64,000 nucleotides of DNA, taken from assembly GCF_009914755.1 (NCBI RefSeq), contig NC_060927.1, one strand, 5' to 3'. The position numbers and the translations under genes were made by a program. How positions within the stretch are numbered: position 1 is the stretch's first letter; each line of letters opens with the position of its first letter. Below, piece by piece: positions 13,982 through 29,553 of this stretch. This stretch comes from the human T2T-CHM13v2.0 reference genome, Homo sapiens. Below the pieces are notes generated by a model. It did not search any database and was not told where the DNA came from. It saw only the letters and a program-made list of their open reading frames with translations.

Positions 13982-14303
13982 TGTGTGTGTGTGTTTTGAG
14001 ACGGCGTCTTGCTCTGTCACTCAGGCTGGAGTGCAGTGCTGTCACTCAGGCTGGAGTGCAATGATGCCATCTCTGCTCACTGCAACCTCTGTCTCCAGGT
14101 TCAAGAGATTCTCCTGCCTCAGCCTCCCGAGTAGCTGGGGTTACAGGTGCACACCACCACGTCCGACTAATTTTTGTATTTTTAGTAGAGATGGGGTTTC
14201 GCCACGTTGGCCAGACTGGTTTCAAACTCCTGACCTCAGGTAATCCACCCACCTCGGCCTCCAAAAGTGCTGGGATTACAGGTGTGAGCCACCGCACAAG
14301 GCC
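13936..14303 (-). mobile_element. Alu with (TG)n tail and 25-bp internal duplication
   Basis: (TG)n 13936-13993; ctgtcactcaggctggagtgca occurs twice. Confidence 0.93.
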
Positions 14304-14309
14304 GCACTC

Positions 14310-14396
<87 letters not shown>

Positions 14397-14687
14397 TTTT
14401 TTTTTAAGAGACGGAGTCTTGCTCTGTCGCCCAGGCTGGAGTACAGTCGTGCAATCTCGGCTCACTGCAAGCTCCGCCAGCCGGGTTCACACCATTCTCC
14501 TGCCTCAGCCTCCTGAGTAGCTGGGACTACAGGCGCCCGCCACCACGCCTGGCTAATTTTTGTATTTTTAGTAGAGACGGCGTTTCACCATGTTAGCCAG
14601 GATGGTCTCGATCTCCTGACCTCGTGATCCGCCCGCCTCGGCCTCCCAAAGTGCTGGTATTACAGGCGTGAGCCACCGCACCTGGCC
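14310..14687 (-). mobile_element. AluY with compound (TG)n(TA)n microsatellite
   Basis: AluY diagnostics (ttagccaggatggtctcgatct). Confidence 0.93.
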
Positions 14688-14863
14688 CACTTTGTATATA
14701 TTTCCAGTGATCACAACCAAGCTAACAAGATATTATTTCCAGCTTACAGCTGCAAAAATAAGCAACTGTAATGAAATCACTGACATCTTCCAACAAAGAC
14801 AAGATTCCTGCTCTACTGGCATTTACATTCTGGTGGAAGGCTGTTTTTTTTTTAAACCATGTA

Positions 14864-14940
14864 AATAAAAAGCACTCTGGAGGTTAATCCCAGAGGGCTG
14901 GAATTGGCCTTCTCGGATTAACCCCAGAGTGCTTTTTATT
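14864..14940. repeat. 77-nt inverted repeat / hairpin
   Basis: aataaaaagcactctggaggttaatcc pairs with ggattaaccccagagtgctttttatt (26 bp, 1 bulge), plus 8 further pairs and a 6-nt loop. Confidence 0.92.
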
Positions 14941-15298
14941 CCTTCCCAATGAGGAAATTACCTAAAACTGTTAAGCCAGACGAACCAAGATCTACTGGAA
15001 TCCAAATCTCTCCATCTTCCCTTTACTCCAATAGATCAGTATCTAAAATCAGGGGTTTTCAAACTGCAGGTCACAATCAGTTTGTGGATCGTAAAATAAA
15101 TTTAGTGAGCCATATCCTTTTTTAATGAATGTAATACAAGTGCATCACATGAAAGGCAAATATTGCTTCATGAAACTAATTTCAGTTTTATATACACACA
15201 TGTATAAGGCAGAGATAGGTACCTGTGAATCACAGTCCAAAAGTCCAAAAGCCATAGACAAAAGCACTGTCTGTTGTATGCACTGACATACCTCTCAA

Positions 15299-15585
15299 TT
15301 TTTTTTTTCCTCTTATTGCCCAGGCTGGAGTGCAAAAGTACGGATCTCGGCTCACTGCAACCTCCGTCTCCCGGATTCAAGTGATTCTCCTGCCTCAGCC
15401 TCCCAAGTAGCCTCCAAGTGGCAAGCAGGCGCCAGCCACTACACCCAGCTAATTTCTGTACTTTTAGTAGAGACAGGGTTTCACCACGTTGGCCAGACTG
15501 GTCTTGAACTCCTGACCTCAAGTGATCCACCCGCCTAGGCCTCCCAAAGTGCTGGGATCGTGGGCATGAGCCACCACGCCTGGCC
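15299..15585 (-). mobile_element. Alu (AluS)
   Basis: Antisense dimer; TSD cctctcaatttt. Confidence 0.93.
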
Positions 15586-16211
15586 ATCCTCTCAATTTTT
15601 AATCAAAATCCTGATGTTTAAAACATTGGAGTAGTAAAAATCTATCATAATGTCCTACATTATCAAAAATAGATAAACAGGGTTTAAAAGGCGTCACATG
15701 AAAAGGCATTTGGGGCATAAGTACCATATTTCTCCCCTGCTGAAGTGTGCCCTAAAACTACAGTGTACAACCATAATACGGCGAAGAAGAAAAAATGAAC
15801 TGGCTGGTCCTGTCTTTTACTCTCTTCCCCCAGGGCTTTTACTAAATCATTTTCAAAAATGTTTCCCTGCTTTACTATGCTTCACTAAAGACAATTACTC
15901 AATATTATGAGTTTTCTGACCGTTGTCATGAGTGATTAGATAAATATCCTCCAATATATACGGTCTCTCAAAAAAGATGACCTCACTCACACGTATAACC
16001 TTATATACAGAAAAAGCACTCAGCAAGTGACGGCAAGCAATATGACAATGACTATGCATGCTTACTTCTATAACAGGCCATAAGCCCAGAAAACAGCTTT
16101 AAGCATTATGGCATACATTAAAATTAAAATGTTATGGGGGGGGAAAGATGACTGATTAATTCTTCTAAGGCACTATATACTAAAGAAGTAATGTACCTTA
16201 GAGAAAGACAT

Positions 16212-16510
16212 GGCCCGGCATGGCATGGTGGCTTGCGCCTGTAATCCCAGCACTTTGGGAGGCCAAGACGGGGGATTGCTTGAGCCCAGGAATTCGAGAC
16301 CAGCCTGGGCAACATGGCAAAACCTCATCTTTACAAAAAATACAAAAATCGTCAGGGCGTGGTGGTGTGTGCCTGTAGTCCCGGTTACTCGGGAGGCTGA
16401 GGCAGGAAGATCAACTGATTAAGCCCATGAGGTTGAGGCAGTGAGCTGTGCTCATACCACCACACTCCACTGGGTAACAGAACTCGAGACTCTGTCTCAA
16501 AATAAATACA
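16212..16510 (+). mobile_element. Alu (AluJ)
   Basis: Diverged dimer. Confidence 0.9.
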
Positions 16511-16693
16511 TGAATTAGTTAATTAATTAAAAATAAAATCAAACATTTTTTAAGAAGAGAGGCATGTCTGGGAACATTTACAGTCATAAATTAGCCAATT
16601 ACAGTTCAAGGCAGACAAATGTATCTACTGCTCCTCCTTCCCAAGGCCCCACGCAAAATGAAGGGAAAAGATTTAAATTAAAATGAAATAAAA

Positions 16694-16985
16694 GGCCAGG
16701 GTCCTCGGCTCAGGCCTGTCATCCCAGCACTTTGGGAGGCTGAGACAGGTGGACTACTTGAGTCCAGGAGTTTGAGAACAGCCTGGGCAACATGGCAAAA
16801 CCCCGACTCTACAGAAAAAAATAAAAATTAGCCATGAATGGTGGTGGTACCTGTACTCCTAGCTACTAGGGAGGCTAAGGTGGAAGGATCAACTGAGCCT
16901 GTGAGGTTGGGGCTGCAGTGAGCTGTGATCATACCACTGTACTCCAAACTGCATGACAGAGCAAGACCCTGTCTCAAAGATAAAA
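16694..16985 (+). mobile_element. Alu (AluJ)
   Basis: Diverged dimer. Confidence 0.9.
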
Positions 16986-17319
16986 TGAAACAACAGCACT
17001 GTTGCAAAGCGAGTAGATGTCACTGGATGATGATAAATTCTAAAGAATTTTGATCAGGTTGAAAGTAAAACAGACTGACAAAAAAACCCACGTTTAAGAC
17101 ATGAAAGGCTTTTCAAGGCCACACTAGAGAAGTTCCAAGTTATATACTAATCACAACTACAAGAAGGAAACAATGATGGTACTTCATCAGGGCACTGCAT
17201 TACCCACATTCTGGACAGATGACCCCATCCTCTGACCCTGTGAACAGAGATGCTGATTGGTGGCAGCTTAAAGGTAAGGATAAAGCCAGAAAAGGAATCT
17301 CTATAAAAGGTGGGCATTC

Positions 17320-17610
17320 GCTGGGTGCAATGGCAAACACCTGCAATTTCGGCATTTTGAGAGGCCGAGGTGGGAGAACTGATTGAGCCCAGGAGTGTGA
17401 GGCCAGCCTGGGCAACATGGTATGACTCCATCTCCATAAAAAGTAAAAATTAGTTGGGGTGGTGGCACACTCCTGTGATCCCAGCTACTTGGGAGGCTGA
17501 GGTGAGAGGATCACTTGAGCCTCGAGGTTGAGGCTGGAGTGAGCCATGATCACATCACTGTACTCCCAGCCTGGGTGACAGAGCAAGACCCTGTCTGGGA
17601 GAAAAAAAAA
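17320..17610 (+). mobile_element. Alu (AluJ)
   Basis: Dimer; TSD aa(g/a)gtgggcatt. Confidence 0.9.
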
Positions 17611-18234
17611 GGGAGGGGGGAAAGTGGGCATTGTTGCCAGGTAAGGCTTTCTGTGAGAGTAGCCAGGTTGGAGAGAGCAGTACAGCACAAAGATGAAGGC
17701 AACACTAGACCTCTAATGCTGAAAGAGAAATAAAAGGGGCTGGAAGCAAAAAGGGAGAAAAAGGAGGGAAAGAGGAAGGGATCTCTCACCATTTGAGTGA
17801 AATATACCAAAGCACTGCTCCTTGGAAGTACTGAAGACACCACAGTAACCCAAGAGAGCAGGGTCCCATGTGCCTGCTGACTCCTCACCCATACTCCCTA
17901 GAAGGAGTACTGCTGGTCCATACCTGACCCCATTTCACAGAACCTGTCACCAAAACTACTATTCAAGAGAGAAGCCTCATAGAAAAAGAACCAATATACA
18001 TACTGCAACAGAAACATACTTTAACTAACAATACTAACCAAGATGCACCAAAAATTTGCCAAAACCTAATAGTATAAAAGGTGCAAGAGGAACATACAGA
18101 AATCAGCGAACAGACAAACATATTTTAATTCTCATTAATATCCTCATAGGGACTCAAAAAACACACTGCAAGATTAAAAAACAAAATACGCCACATTTAA
18201 GAAAAAAACAAATAGCAATGGCTATTAAAAATTA

Positions 18235-18555
<321 letters not shown>

Positions 18556-19025
18556 TTAAAGCATAAAAATCTCAACTGTGTAATAAAATGGGACATAACT
18601 AAACACCAAATTCATTTGCCTAGAATATAAACGTTTCCCAGAAAGTAAAGCAAAAAAACCCAAAAATATAGTTAAAAAAAAAAAAGAAAAAGAAAATTTG
18701 ACAATCTAGAGAGTCCAACGTTTACTTACAACATAAGACATGCAAAAGTGGAGAACAGAGAGAGATGGAAGGGGCAAGTTAAACTTTCCAAGAGCTGAAG
18801 AATGATTCAGTTGTCAAACTGAAAACACTCAACAGAGTAACATTAAAAACAAATTAAAAATACCTGTAGTAACTGGAGTCTCACCAGTAAAATTTCAGAA
18901 TGCCAAGAAAGCTTCCAGAACAAAACTAGGATCACCTTAACACTCATCTTCTAATCAGAAGTAACACGTGCTAGAAGACAATATAGCAGTGTCCACCAAG
19001 TTCTACAAGAAAAATACCTTGAAAC

Positions 19026-19318
19026 AGCCAGGTGCGGTGGCTCACGCCTGCAATCCCAGCACTTTGGGAGGCCAAGGTGGACAGATCACCAGGTCAGGAG
19101 TTCGAGACCAGCCTGGCCAATATGATGAAACCACGTCTCTATTAAAAATACAAAAATTAGCTGGGCGTGGTGGCACACACCTGTAGTCCCAGGCACTCGG
19201 GAGGCTGAGGCAGAAGAATCGCTTGAACCCGGAGGCGGAAGTTGCAGTGAGCCAAGATGGAGCCACTGCACTCCAGCCTGGGTGACGGAGTGAGACTCCA
19301 ACTCAAAAAAAGAAAAAA
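19026..19318 (+). mobile_element. Alu (AluS)
   Basis: Dimer; TSD taccttgaa. Confidence 0.95.
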
Positions 19319-19850
19319 GTACCTTGAACGTATATTCCTATAACCCAAAGCTTCCCCAAATGCATGCTACCAACAGGTTACCAGGTGAGCAGCCAGAGGC
19401 CTTTGCTACAAGCAGTCTCATCCACCACACAAAGATTACCATTTTCTATCAATTTACGACATGAAAAAGCTTGAAAGCACTGCTGTCAAGTCAGATTTGC
19501 CACTGAGTCAAAATAAAGGCATTTTCAGACATTCAAGAACTGAAATTTTACTTATATGAAAAAACTGAAAAGGTAAAGTGGCAGAACAACAAAGAAAACA
19601 CAACACGACCTGGAAGAAACAGTGGCAGCTGAGTATGAACCAGAAGTAACAAGTGAAAAAGAAAACAACAGTATACCCTTGTCACTGACAGTGGGAGATT
19701 CTCCTTTAATAACAAGTTAAATGACAGTATTATTTCCTTCCTCATAAATATAAGTAAATAATAGTCATAACAATAATTGTTTTTCAATTTTAAAAATCAT
19801 CCTACAGGAAAAAAGGAGGTTCAAAATCACGTAGTTGCAAACTCTAATCC

Positions 19851-20013
19851 TAGCTTGTCCAACCTGCATAAACATTCTTAAAACATTATGAGATTTTTTT
19901 GCGATTTTGTTTTCTAGCTCATCACCTATCATTAGTGTATATTATATATGGCCCAAGACAATTCTTCTTCTTCCATTGTGGCCCAGGGAAGCCAAATGAC
20001 TGGACACCCCTGC
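19851..20013. mobile_element. MER30 hAT-Charlie fossil
   Basis: ggcccaagacaattcttcttc...gtggcccagggaagccaaa...ggacacccctg. Confidence 0.8.
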
Positions 20014-20336
20014 TCTAATCCTTATCTTGTAAAAATAATAATATATTTAACTGGAAAAAGAAAATGTAAGGAAGAATAAATGCACTAATTTTCTCAAAGC
20101 TTTCAAATGAAATATGTCCCATAGTTAATACTGACTCTTTAGTATAATTTATCATTTAAAATAAAGCAAGCAAGAAATAAACAACTATTAACAGTGGCTG
20201 CCTCTAGAAAGCTTGGGGATGGGGGAAAAAGATCTTAGTTTTCTTCGTATCATTCTATCCTATTTGGAGATTCTGCTGCATGCATGCATTACTTTTAAAT
20301 AATTTAAAAACTGATTTTGATTTCTAAAAAGTTATG

Positions 20337-20393
20337 GTAAGTCAGAATACCAGGTAGAAGTTAAGTAAGTCAGAATACCAAGTAGAAGTTAAG
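20337..20393. repeat. 28-bp tandem duplication
   Basis: gtaagtcagaatacca(g/a)gtagaagttaa x2, 1 mismatch. Confidence 0.95.
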
Positions 20394-21129
20394 AACAAAA
20401 TATATTTGTATTTACATGAATAATATTCACAATGCATTAGGTTATCAACAGAACAGTATGCATATGATCTCAAGTGTTATTAAACTACATATAAATCGTA
20501 TTAAATATTTTTCACATATTTTTATATGCACCTGAAAGTGCATAAAAACACATTTGCAAGGTTACATATCGAAGTCTTAACAACAGCTGTATTTGGTGAA
20601 TAGAATGAGCTCAAACTAAGAACTTTCAACATATCACTTTACAGTGTACATCTGTTCCATTTGGTTGGTTCACTCATTTTTACAATGTGTATGTATCGCA
20701 TATAAAAGATAAACTGTTAGTGGACCAAAACAAAGCAGGATCTCAAAAGAGATACTTGTACACCCGTGTTCACAGCAGCACTATTCACAATAGCCGAAAG
20801 TCGGGAGCAACCAAAGTGTCCGTCAACAGATAAACAAAACATGGTCTATATATACAGTGAAACATTAACCTTAAAAAGCAAGGAAATTCTGACACATGCT
20901 ACAACATAGATGACTGTGAGGACGTTATGCTAAGTATATTAAGGTAGTTCATAAAAAGACAAACACTACATGATTCCACTTACATAAGGTACCTATAATA
21001 CTCAAATTCATAAAGACAGAAAATAAGAATAGTGATTGCCAGTGGCTAGAGGCGAGAGGAATGAGAAGAAGTTGCTTAATGGGCACAGAGTTTCAGTTTT
21101 GCAGGATGAATACTGGAGACTGATTGTAG

Positions 21130-21603
21130 TGCAGGGTAGACAAGAGACAAAATTCAGGCTTAGCCCAGGAGGCTTCTTGGCTTCACCCAGGAAAGAATTC
21201 AGGGTGAACCAGTGGTGTTTGACAGCAATTTTAGTGGAAGCAGCAGCAGAAGTACTGCTCCTTGCAGAGCAGGGCTCCCCCATTAGCAGTATGACCAGAG
21301 GGCCAGCTCAGGGGCAGTTCTGTAGTCACATTTATACCTACTCTTAATTACACCTACTCTTAATTACACGCAAACTAAGGAACAGGTTCTGCAGAAATTT
21401 CTAGAAGTGGGGTAACGTCTAGGTTGTTGTCACGGAAAGGGACAGAAACTTTCAGGTGTTGCCATGGCAATGATAAACTAACATGACACTGGTGGGCATG
21501 TCTTTATGGAGAAGTGTTTTCATCTCTTCCCTGCTTCAGCTAGTCTTCACCTGGTGCAAAGTCCAAGCCCCAACTCTGGAGTCAAGTCCCGTCTCCTACC
21601 TCA
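21130..21603 (-). mobile_element. Solo LTR, ERV1 class (MER66-like)
   Basis: Minus strand starts TGAGGTAGGAGACGGGACTTGACTCC; 4-bp TSD gtag on both sides. Confidence 0.8.
21458..21471. promoter_or_regulatory. RFX X-box-like motif within LTR
   Basis: GTTGCCATGGCAAT vs consensus GTTGCCATGGCAAC. Confidence 0.4.
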
Positions 21604-21766
21604 GTAGGAATTTACTTAACACTATTGAACTATACATTTTTTAACAGTTAATATAGTAAATTTTTATGTCTATTTACGATTAAAATAAGTAAATTTAAGA
21701 AGCAAGTGAAATAAAAATTTAAAATAATAAATTTACAATAATAAATTAGTGGCATCAAGGGAAATA

Positions 21767-22375
21767 CAGTCAATCCTCACCAATTCATGGATTTCACATT
21801 TATGAATTTGCCTGCTTGCACCAAAATTAATACTTGCAGCACTTTTGCAATCATATGTGGACATGCACAAAATGATGAAAAATTTGAGGTGCCCATTGTA
21901 CACTTACCCACCTGAAGACAAAAAAAAGACAGCATTCTGCCTTGTTTCAGCCATCATATGGCAAACAAATGTCCTTTGGGTGGTCTATTTAGTGCCACGT
22001 TTTTGCATGTTTGTGCTTTCTGTTGGTCATTTCACTATTTAAAATAGCACTTGATCACTATGCTTAGGGCTATCTAGTATTGCTAAGTACAAAAAGGCTG
22101 CAGAGAAAATATGTGTGGGAAATAAGCTTTGTTCATATGAGTTTTAGTGCTGTTGACTCTAAATGCAATATTAATCAATCAACAATATATATTAGGAAGT
22201 TATCTTTAAACAGAAACACACAGTTACTATTGATCAGCTGACAAAAATGTTATGACCGAGGCCTACAGGAACCTAACCCTGCATATTCCCGTAGGAGCGA
22301 TGCTCAGTATTTGCTAAGTCAGTGTTCAAGGCAACTATAAAGAACATAACTACAGTGAATAACAAAAATCAACTG
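21767..22375. mobile_element. MER44-type Tigger non-autonomous element
   Basis: ta|CAGT...ACTG|ta termini; internal match (ggaacctaaccctg, gtctatttagtgccacgtttt). Confidence 0.85.
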
Positions 22376-22974
22376 TATCTACAAGTCAAAAAAAAAAGGG
22401 AAGGAATATTATAGGCAAAGATATTAATTTATGTCAACCACTTTAATGTGATTTTAAAACTTGTAAATGCTGTAAGTTTTTTACAGTACGTGAAGTGATG
22501 ATGGGGCAGGGGGATATTTATTCCTAAATTTAAAATATTTATCAGCTAACCTTTGAAATTAAACTTTTTGTTATGTGTGAAAAGCACCTGGCTCAGTGCC
22601 TGTGCAAGTGAAAATTCAGTAAAATACTAGATTATATTTATCTCATTAAATTATTGTAACTACCATGTGAAGTAGGTAAATGAGCAAACTTTCAAGGTGA
22701 TGGGAATCTGAGAATATTATCCAATTGTTTAGGTTTCAATTCAGTGAAGGTACAGCTAATTATATAAGATGGGTCTCTGATAGTTCATTCAGGCTCTAAC
22801 AGAATTAAATTATCAACTGTGGTCATCTGCAATGAAGTGACTAAAGAAAACAACGCTTTGGGGAACAAGTGAGACTGGTAGAAATCTATGAAGGTCATGC
22901 CACAGATATACGAGGACAGTGGAGTGGGGATGACTGCTTCTAACAGTGTTGGAGTTAAGAAAGTGACATATTCA

Positions 22975-23260
22975 GGCCGGGCATGGTGGCTCATGCCTGT
23001 AATCCCAGCACTTTGGGAGGCAGGCGGATCACCTGAGGTAGGGAGTTTAAGACCAGCCTGACCAACATGGAGAAACCCCGTCTCTACTAAAAATACAAAA
23101 TTAGCTGGGCATGGTGCTATATGCCTGTAATCCCAGCTACTCAGGAGGCTGGGGCACGAAAATCGCTTGAACCCCGGGAGGCGGAGGTTGGAGTGAGCTG
23201 AGATCACACCACTGCACTCCAGCCTGGGAAACAAGAGCAAAACTCCGTCTCAAAAAAAAA
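22975..23260 (+). mobile_element. Alu (AluSp/Sq-like)
   Basis: Dimer; TSD aagtgacatattca. Confidence 0.95.
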
Positions 23261-23361
23261 CACCAAGTGACATATTCACAGCATAAATTTTTGACTCATG
23301 GCACTGACAAAGAAAGAGGCAGTTACTAAGTACAACATTAAAGAATCGTTCTCCATCTTAA

Positions 23362-24012
23362 GCCAAGGTTAGAAAACGTTTTTCTGTAAAGGGCCAGATA
23401 GTAATTCTTCCAAGGCCAAAGGTCTCTGTTGCAACTACTCAACTGTGTAGTTGTGAAGTGAAAGCAGCCATAACCTGGCCGGGCGCGGTGGCTCACGCCT
23501 GTAATCCCAGCACTTTGGGAGGCCAAGGCGGGTGGATCATGAGGTCAGGAGATCGAGACCATCCTGGCTAGCACAGTGAAACCCCATCTCTACTTTAGAA
23601 AAAAAAAAATTGGCTGGGTGTGGTAGCGGGTGCCTGTAGTTCCAGCTACTCAGAGGCTGAGGCAGGAGAATGGCGTGAACCCAGGAGGCGGAGCTTGCAG
23701 TGCGCCGAGATTGCACCACTGCACTCCAGCCTGGGCGACAGAGGGAGACTCCGTCCCAAAAAAAAAGAAAAAAAGAAAAAGAAAGCAGCCATAACCTACA
23801 CATAAATTAATCAATGTGGCTGTATTTCAATAAAACTTTACACATGAAAATTTGAATTTCATGTAATTTTTAACTTGTCACAAAATAATATCATTCTTTT
23901 TTGATCTTCTTTATTCAATTATTTTAAATTATGGAAAACATTTTTAACTTGTGGATCACAAAAAAACAGGCTGGCCACATTTGGCCTGCAGACTGCAGTT
24001 TGCCAACCCCTG
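23362..24012. mobile_element. MER58 fossil interrupted by AluY
   Basis: ttttctgtaaagggccagatagtaa...gtttgccaacccctg. Confidence 0.8.
23477..23780 (+). mobile_element. AluY
   Basis: AluY diagnostics; TSD gaaagcagccataacct. Confidence 0.95.
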
Positions 24013-24207
24013 CTCTAAAGCTTTAAAACCAAAACTCAAATGCACAGGCTGATTTTGTTGACTGTTTAATTATAACTTCAAGTGGTACCAGGCAAGCTTA
24101 ACGAACAGGAACCTAGTGGTTATCAAACTGGTTTGTCTGCAGGAACCTTGGAAAGTCCCTAAAACCGTAACATAAAGACATTCCACTATAATCCTATGTG
24201 ATCTACA

Positions 24208-24395
24208 CCAGAGGTATGAAAACTACAACCGGAGGCAAATCTGACCCACTGTGTTTTAGTAAATAAAGTTTTAATTGAACAGAAAAGCTCATTTATGTAC
24301 TATTTATGGCTGCTTTAGCACTACAATGGCAGCACTGCATTGTTTTTTTCAGTGACTGTATATCTGGCTCCCTATAGAAAAAGTCTGCTAACTCC
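24208..24395. mobile_element. MER58A-like fossil
   Basis: gtaaataaagtttta...tatggctgcttt...ctacaatggcag. Confidence 0.65.
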
Positions 24396-25079
24396 TAACC
24401 TGGGTAAACAAATATGTATGGAATACAGAGACCTGACAAGGGGGACATAAGCCACCAAGATAGAAAAATAACAGCCTCTCAAAGTTCGCAGACCCTCTAG
24501 AATAAAGGCAGTAAGGCAAGGTATCCTTTAGACAAAGCTCTATAATTACATCACAAGTACTGTGATTTCCCTCTTGGCTTTCCACAAAGATCAACAGCCC
24601 CTTACTAAGGTAACCATGTACTTGAAAAGTGAAACACCCAGACCTTTCTGGGACTATAAAAGCTAACTCTTAAATCTCTAAAAGACCCAGATAGCACCAA
24701 TGTGGCACATTTGTCAGAAAGAGGAATGACAGTGGTCAAATAATAAAGTTTTGGTCAAAAGTCCATTTATCAGAGTAGATTAACCCTCCCAATTTATTGG
24801 TTATCTTCTCCAGGTGTTGAACATATAGTTGCAAAGGGCAGTCTTAGTTTTCCAACAGACAAAATTCCCATACTGATGCCATGACAGGTGGAGTTGCAGG
24901 GTAGTTTTTATCAGGAAGTCTGATGGAGATCCCAGGAGCTCTCCCTCCAAACAAAAGTAATTTGCATTCCTGAAAGAATTGTCAAAGAACTGAAAGATGC
25001 AAGGATTGCAATTCCTAGCAGGTACCTACTTAATACAACTGTCTGGCTAATACAGAAAACAAATATTTTTAGAGGATGA

Positions 25080-26560
<1,481 letters not shown>

Positions 26561-27459
26561 GTTCAACAGACAGCGCAAAATGTATTTCTCATTTTTGTTG
26601 TCAGCTACAGGTTGGCTACAGGCATCTTCTTCATTCTGGAATCTAGCAAAAGAAATAGTCTTTATCTGGCCCATTTTTCTTGGGGCTGAGGAAAATTAGC
26701 AAAAATCATTCATGCAATGGCTCCTAATAAGGCTTCAGCTTAGACATGACAAATAATCACTTCTACTCATCTTCCAGTGGCCAAATCAAGTTCCATGGCC
26801 ATTCCTGATGTCCACAGGAACAAGGAAGTACTCCTCCCACAAATAGGAGGTCCTGTAGGGAGAAGCCAGTAAAGAAGGGAAGCAACTGTTTTTGAATAAT
26901 GTGATCTACTATAAGCAACAATGAACTCTTGAGTTCCTCTCACCTCCACACCAAACAGTACCACATTTCACAGGGGACACAGAGCTACCTGGTAGCAATA
27001 TGGTAACACCCAGAATCTTTCCACCATTAAGAAAGTTATCTCTGTGAAACAGACACTTAGCTTTTGTCAACAACCTTACTTATTCTGGCTACCATGGAAA
27101 CAAGTCCGTTATTTTATAATTTTTTTGTTCTGAATGAAGAATCAATTTTAGGATCTAAATAACCAACTCACCAATTTAGAATATAACATAAACTTTTTAT
27201 AAATTGTAGATTTTTTAGATGACAGCTAGTTAAGGATGTTGAAAGTTTAAGTACAAAAGGAGGTATACATGCTGATAGGGGACAGTTAAGTATTTACTGT
27301 TGTGGACATCTATCAAGTTTGAAAAGACTTTTTAATTTGTGGATATTTCCACGTTCTGAAATCTACTTACTATCTAAACTAGAAATTAGAATTTAAAATT
27401 CCCAGCTTCTCTTATGGCTAAAGACATGGCATACTCTTTGATCTCAAAAATAAACCTCT

Positions 27460-28455
<996 letters not shown>

Positions 28456-28640
28456 TATTTTATAATACTTATTCTCATTTTACATATAAGAAAACTGGGG
28501 TTTAAAATGGCTAATTTACTAATAGGCCACCTAGATTTTAAAGCTTTTTAACTAATTTTGTATTATACTAATTCTACAATTAATCACTTCAATAGTACAA
28601 GCAAGCAACTGAAACAAAACTCATCACCATTGCTCTGAAA

Positions 28641-28935
28641 CAGGAGTTGACAAATGACAGCCCGTGGGCCAAATCCTACCTGCTTTCGTATGGCCCATAA
28701 GCTAAGAATAATTTTTACATTTCTAAATGGTTGGGGGGGCCGGAGGGGGACACAACGCGACTGTGAAAATCATACAAACTTCAATGTATCATAAATAAAA
28801 CATTACTGGAACACAGCCGTGCTTATTCATTTACATACTATCCATGGCTGCTTCCTAACAGCAGACTTCAGTACATGCCTAAAATATTTATTATCTAACC
28901 CTTAATCCTTTACATAAACAGTGTGCTGACCTCTG
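28641..28935. mobile_element. MER58B-like fossil
   Basis: caggagttgacaaatgacagcccgtgggccaaatcc...gctgacctctg. Confidence 0.75.
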
Positions 28936-29505
28936 CTCTAAAATTATTCTAATATAACTAAGGAAATGTCAATTTAAATAAATCTTAAAGTGGGTATTAA
29001 TATATTTGTTATCCCAGATTATCTACTTTGAGAACATGCCATATGTAGCATACTATATAATTTATTCAATATTTAAACCACAAAGTCCCGTTTTTTCTCT
29101 TATCTGATTCCAAACAAGAGTATCAAACTAGAATTTAGTGTCAAAAAGGGTTGTTTTCAGAACAATCAAGATGTTGTCAACCAAGAGCCAAATGCACCTT
29201 CTTAATTGTCTTCCCCAGAAACTGAAAAGCCCGGTAGTAAGGAAGATTTTTTTAAATTAACAAACTGGCCTTAGAGAGACATATGGAATGGTATTCAAGA
29301 ATACAACAGAGGAGCAAACAGTGTGGTGTCAAAGAAGTTGATATTTGAACAGAGTACAGAGTCCTCAATTCCTTAAAACTCGGCAAAATAAGCCAGACAA
29401 CAGGAATGTGCAGCTACTATGAAATGCTCCAAGCAGGATGGATGCCTTCATGCATGCCAAATCCAGAGACCAAAAGCTATCAGGTCACTAAAACTGAAAA
29501 CTGAC

Positions 29506-29553
29506 CAGTGTCTAATCCTTTCCTCCTCTTTCAGCAACTACAGACTGAGTTAC
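29506..29553 (-). other. Candidate 48-nt cryptic or recursive-splicing exon
   Basis: ttttgttttgttttcctAG|GTAACT...cactg|GTCAGT; stops in all three frames. Confidence 0.3.

Larger units (their letters stand above)
20730..21700 (+). mobile_element. L1MB 3' end, interrupted by LTR
   Basis: cacccgtgttcacagcagcactattcacaatagcc...gaaattctgacacatgctacaaca. Confidence 0.85.
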
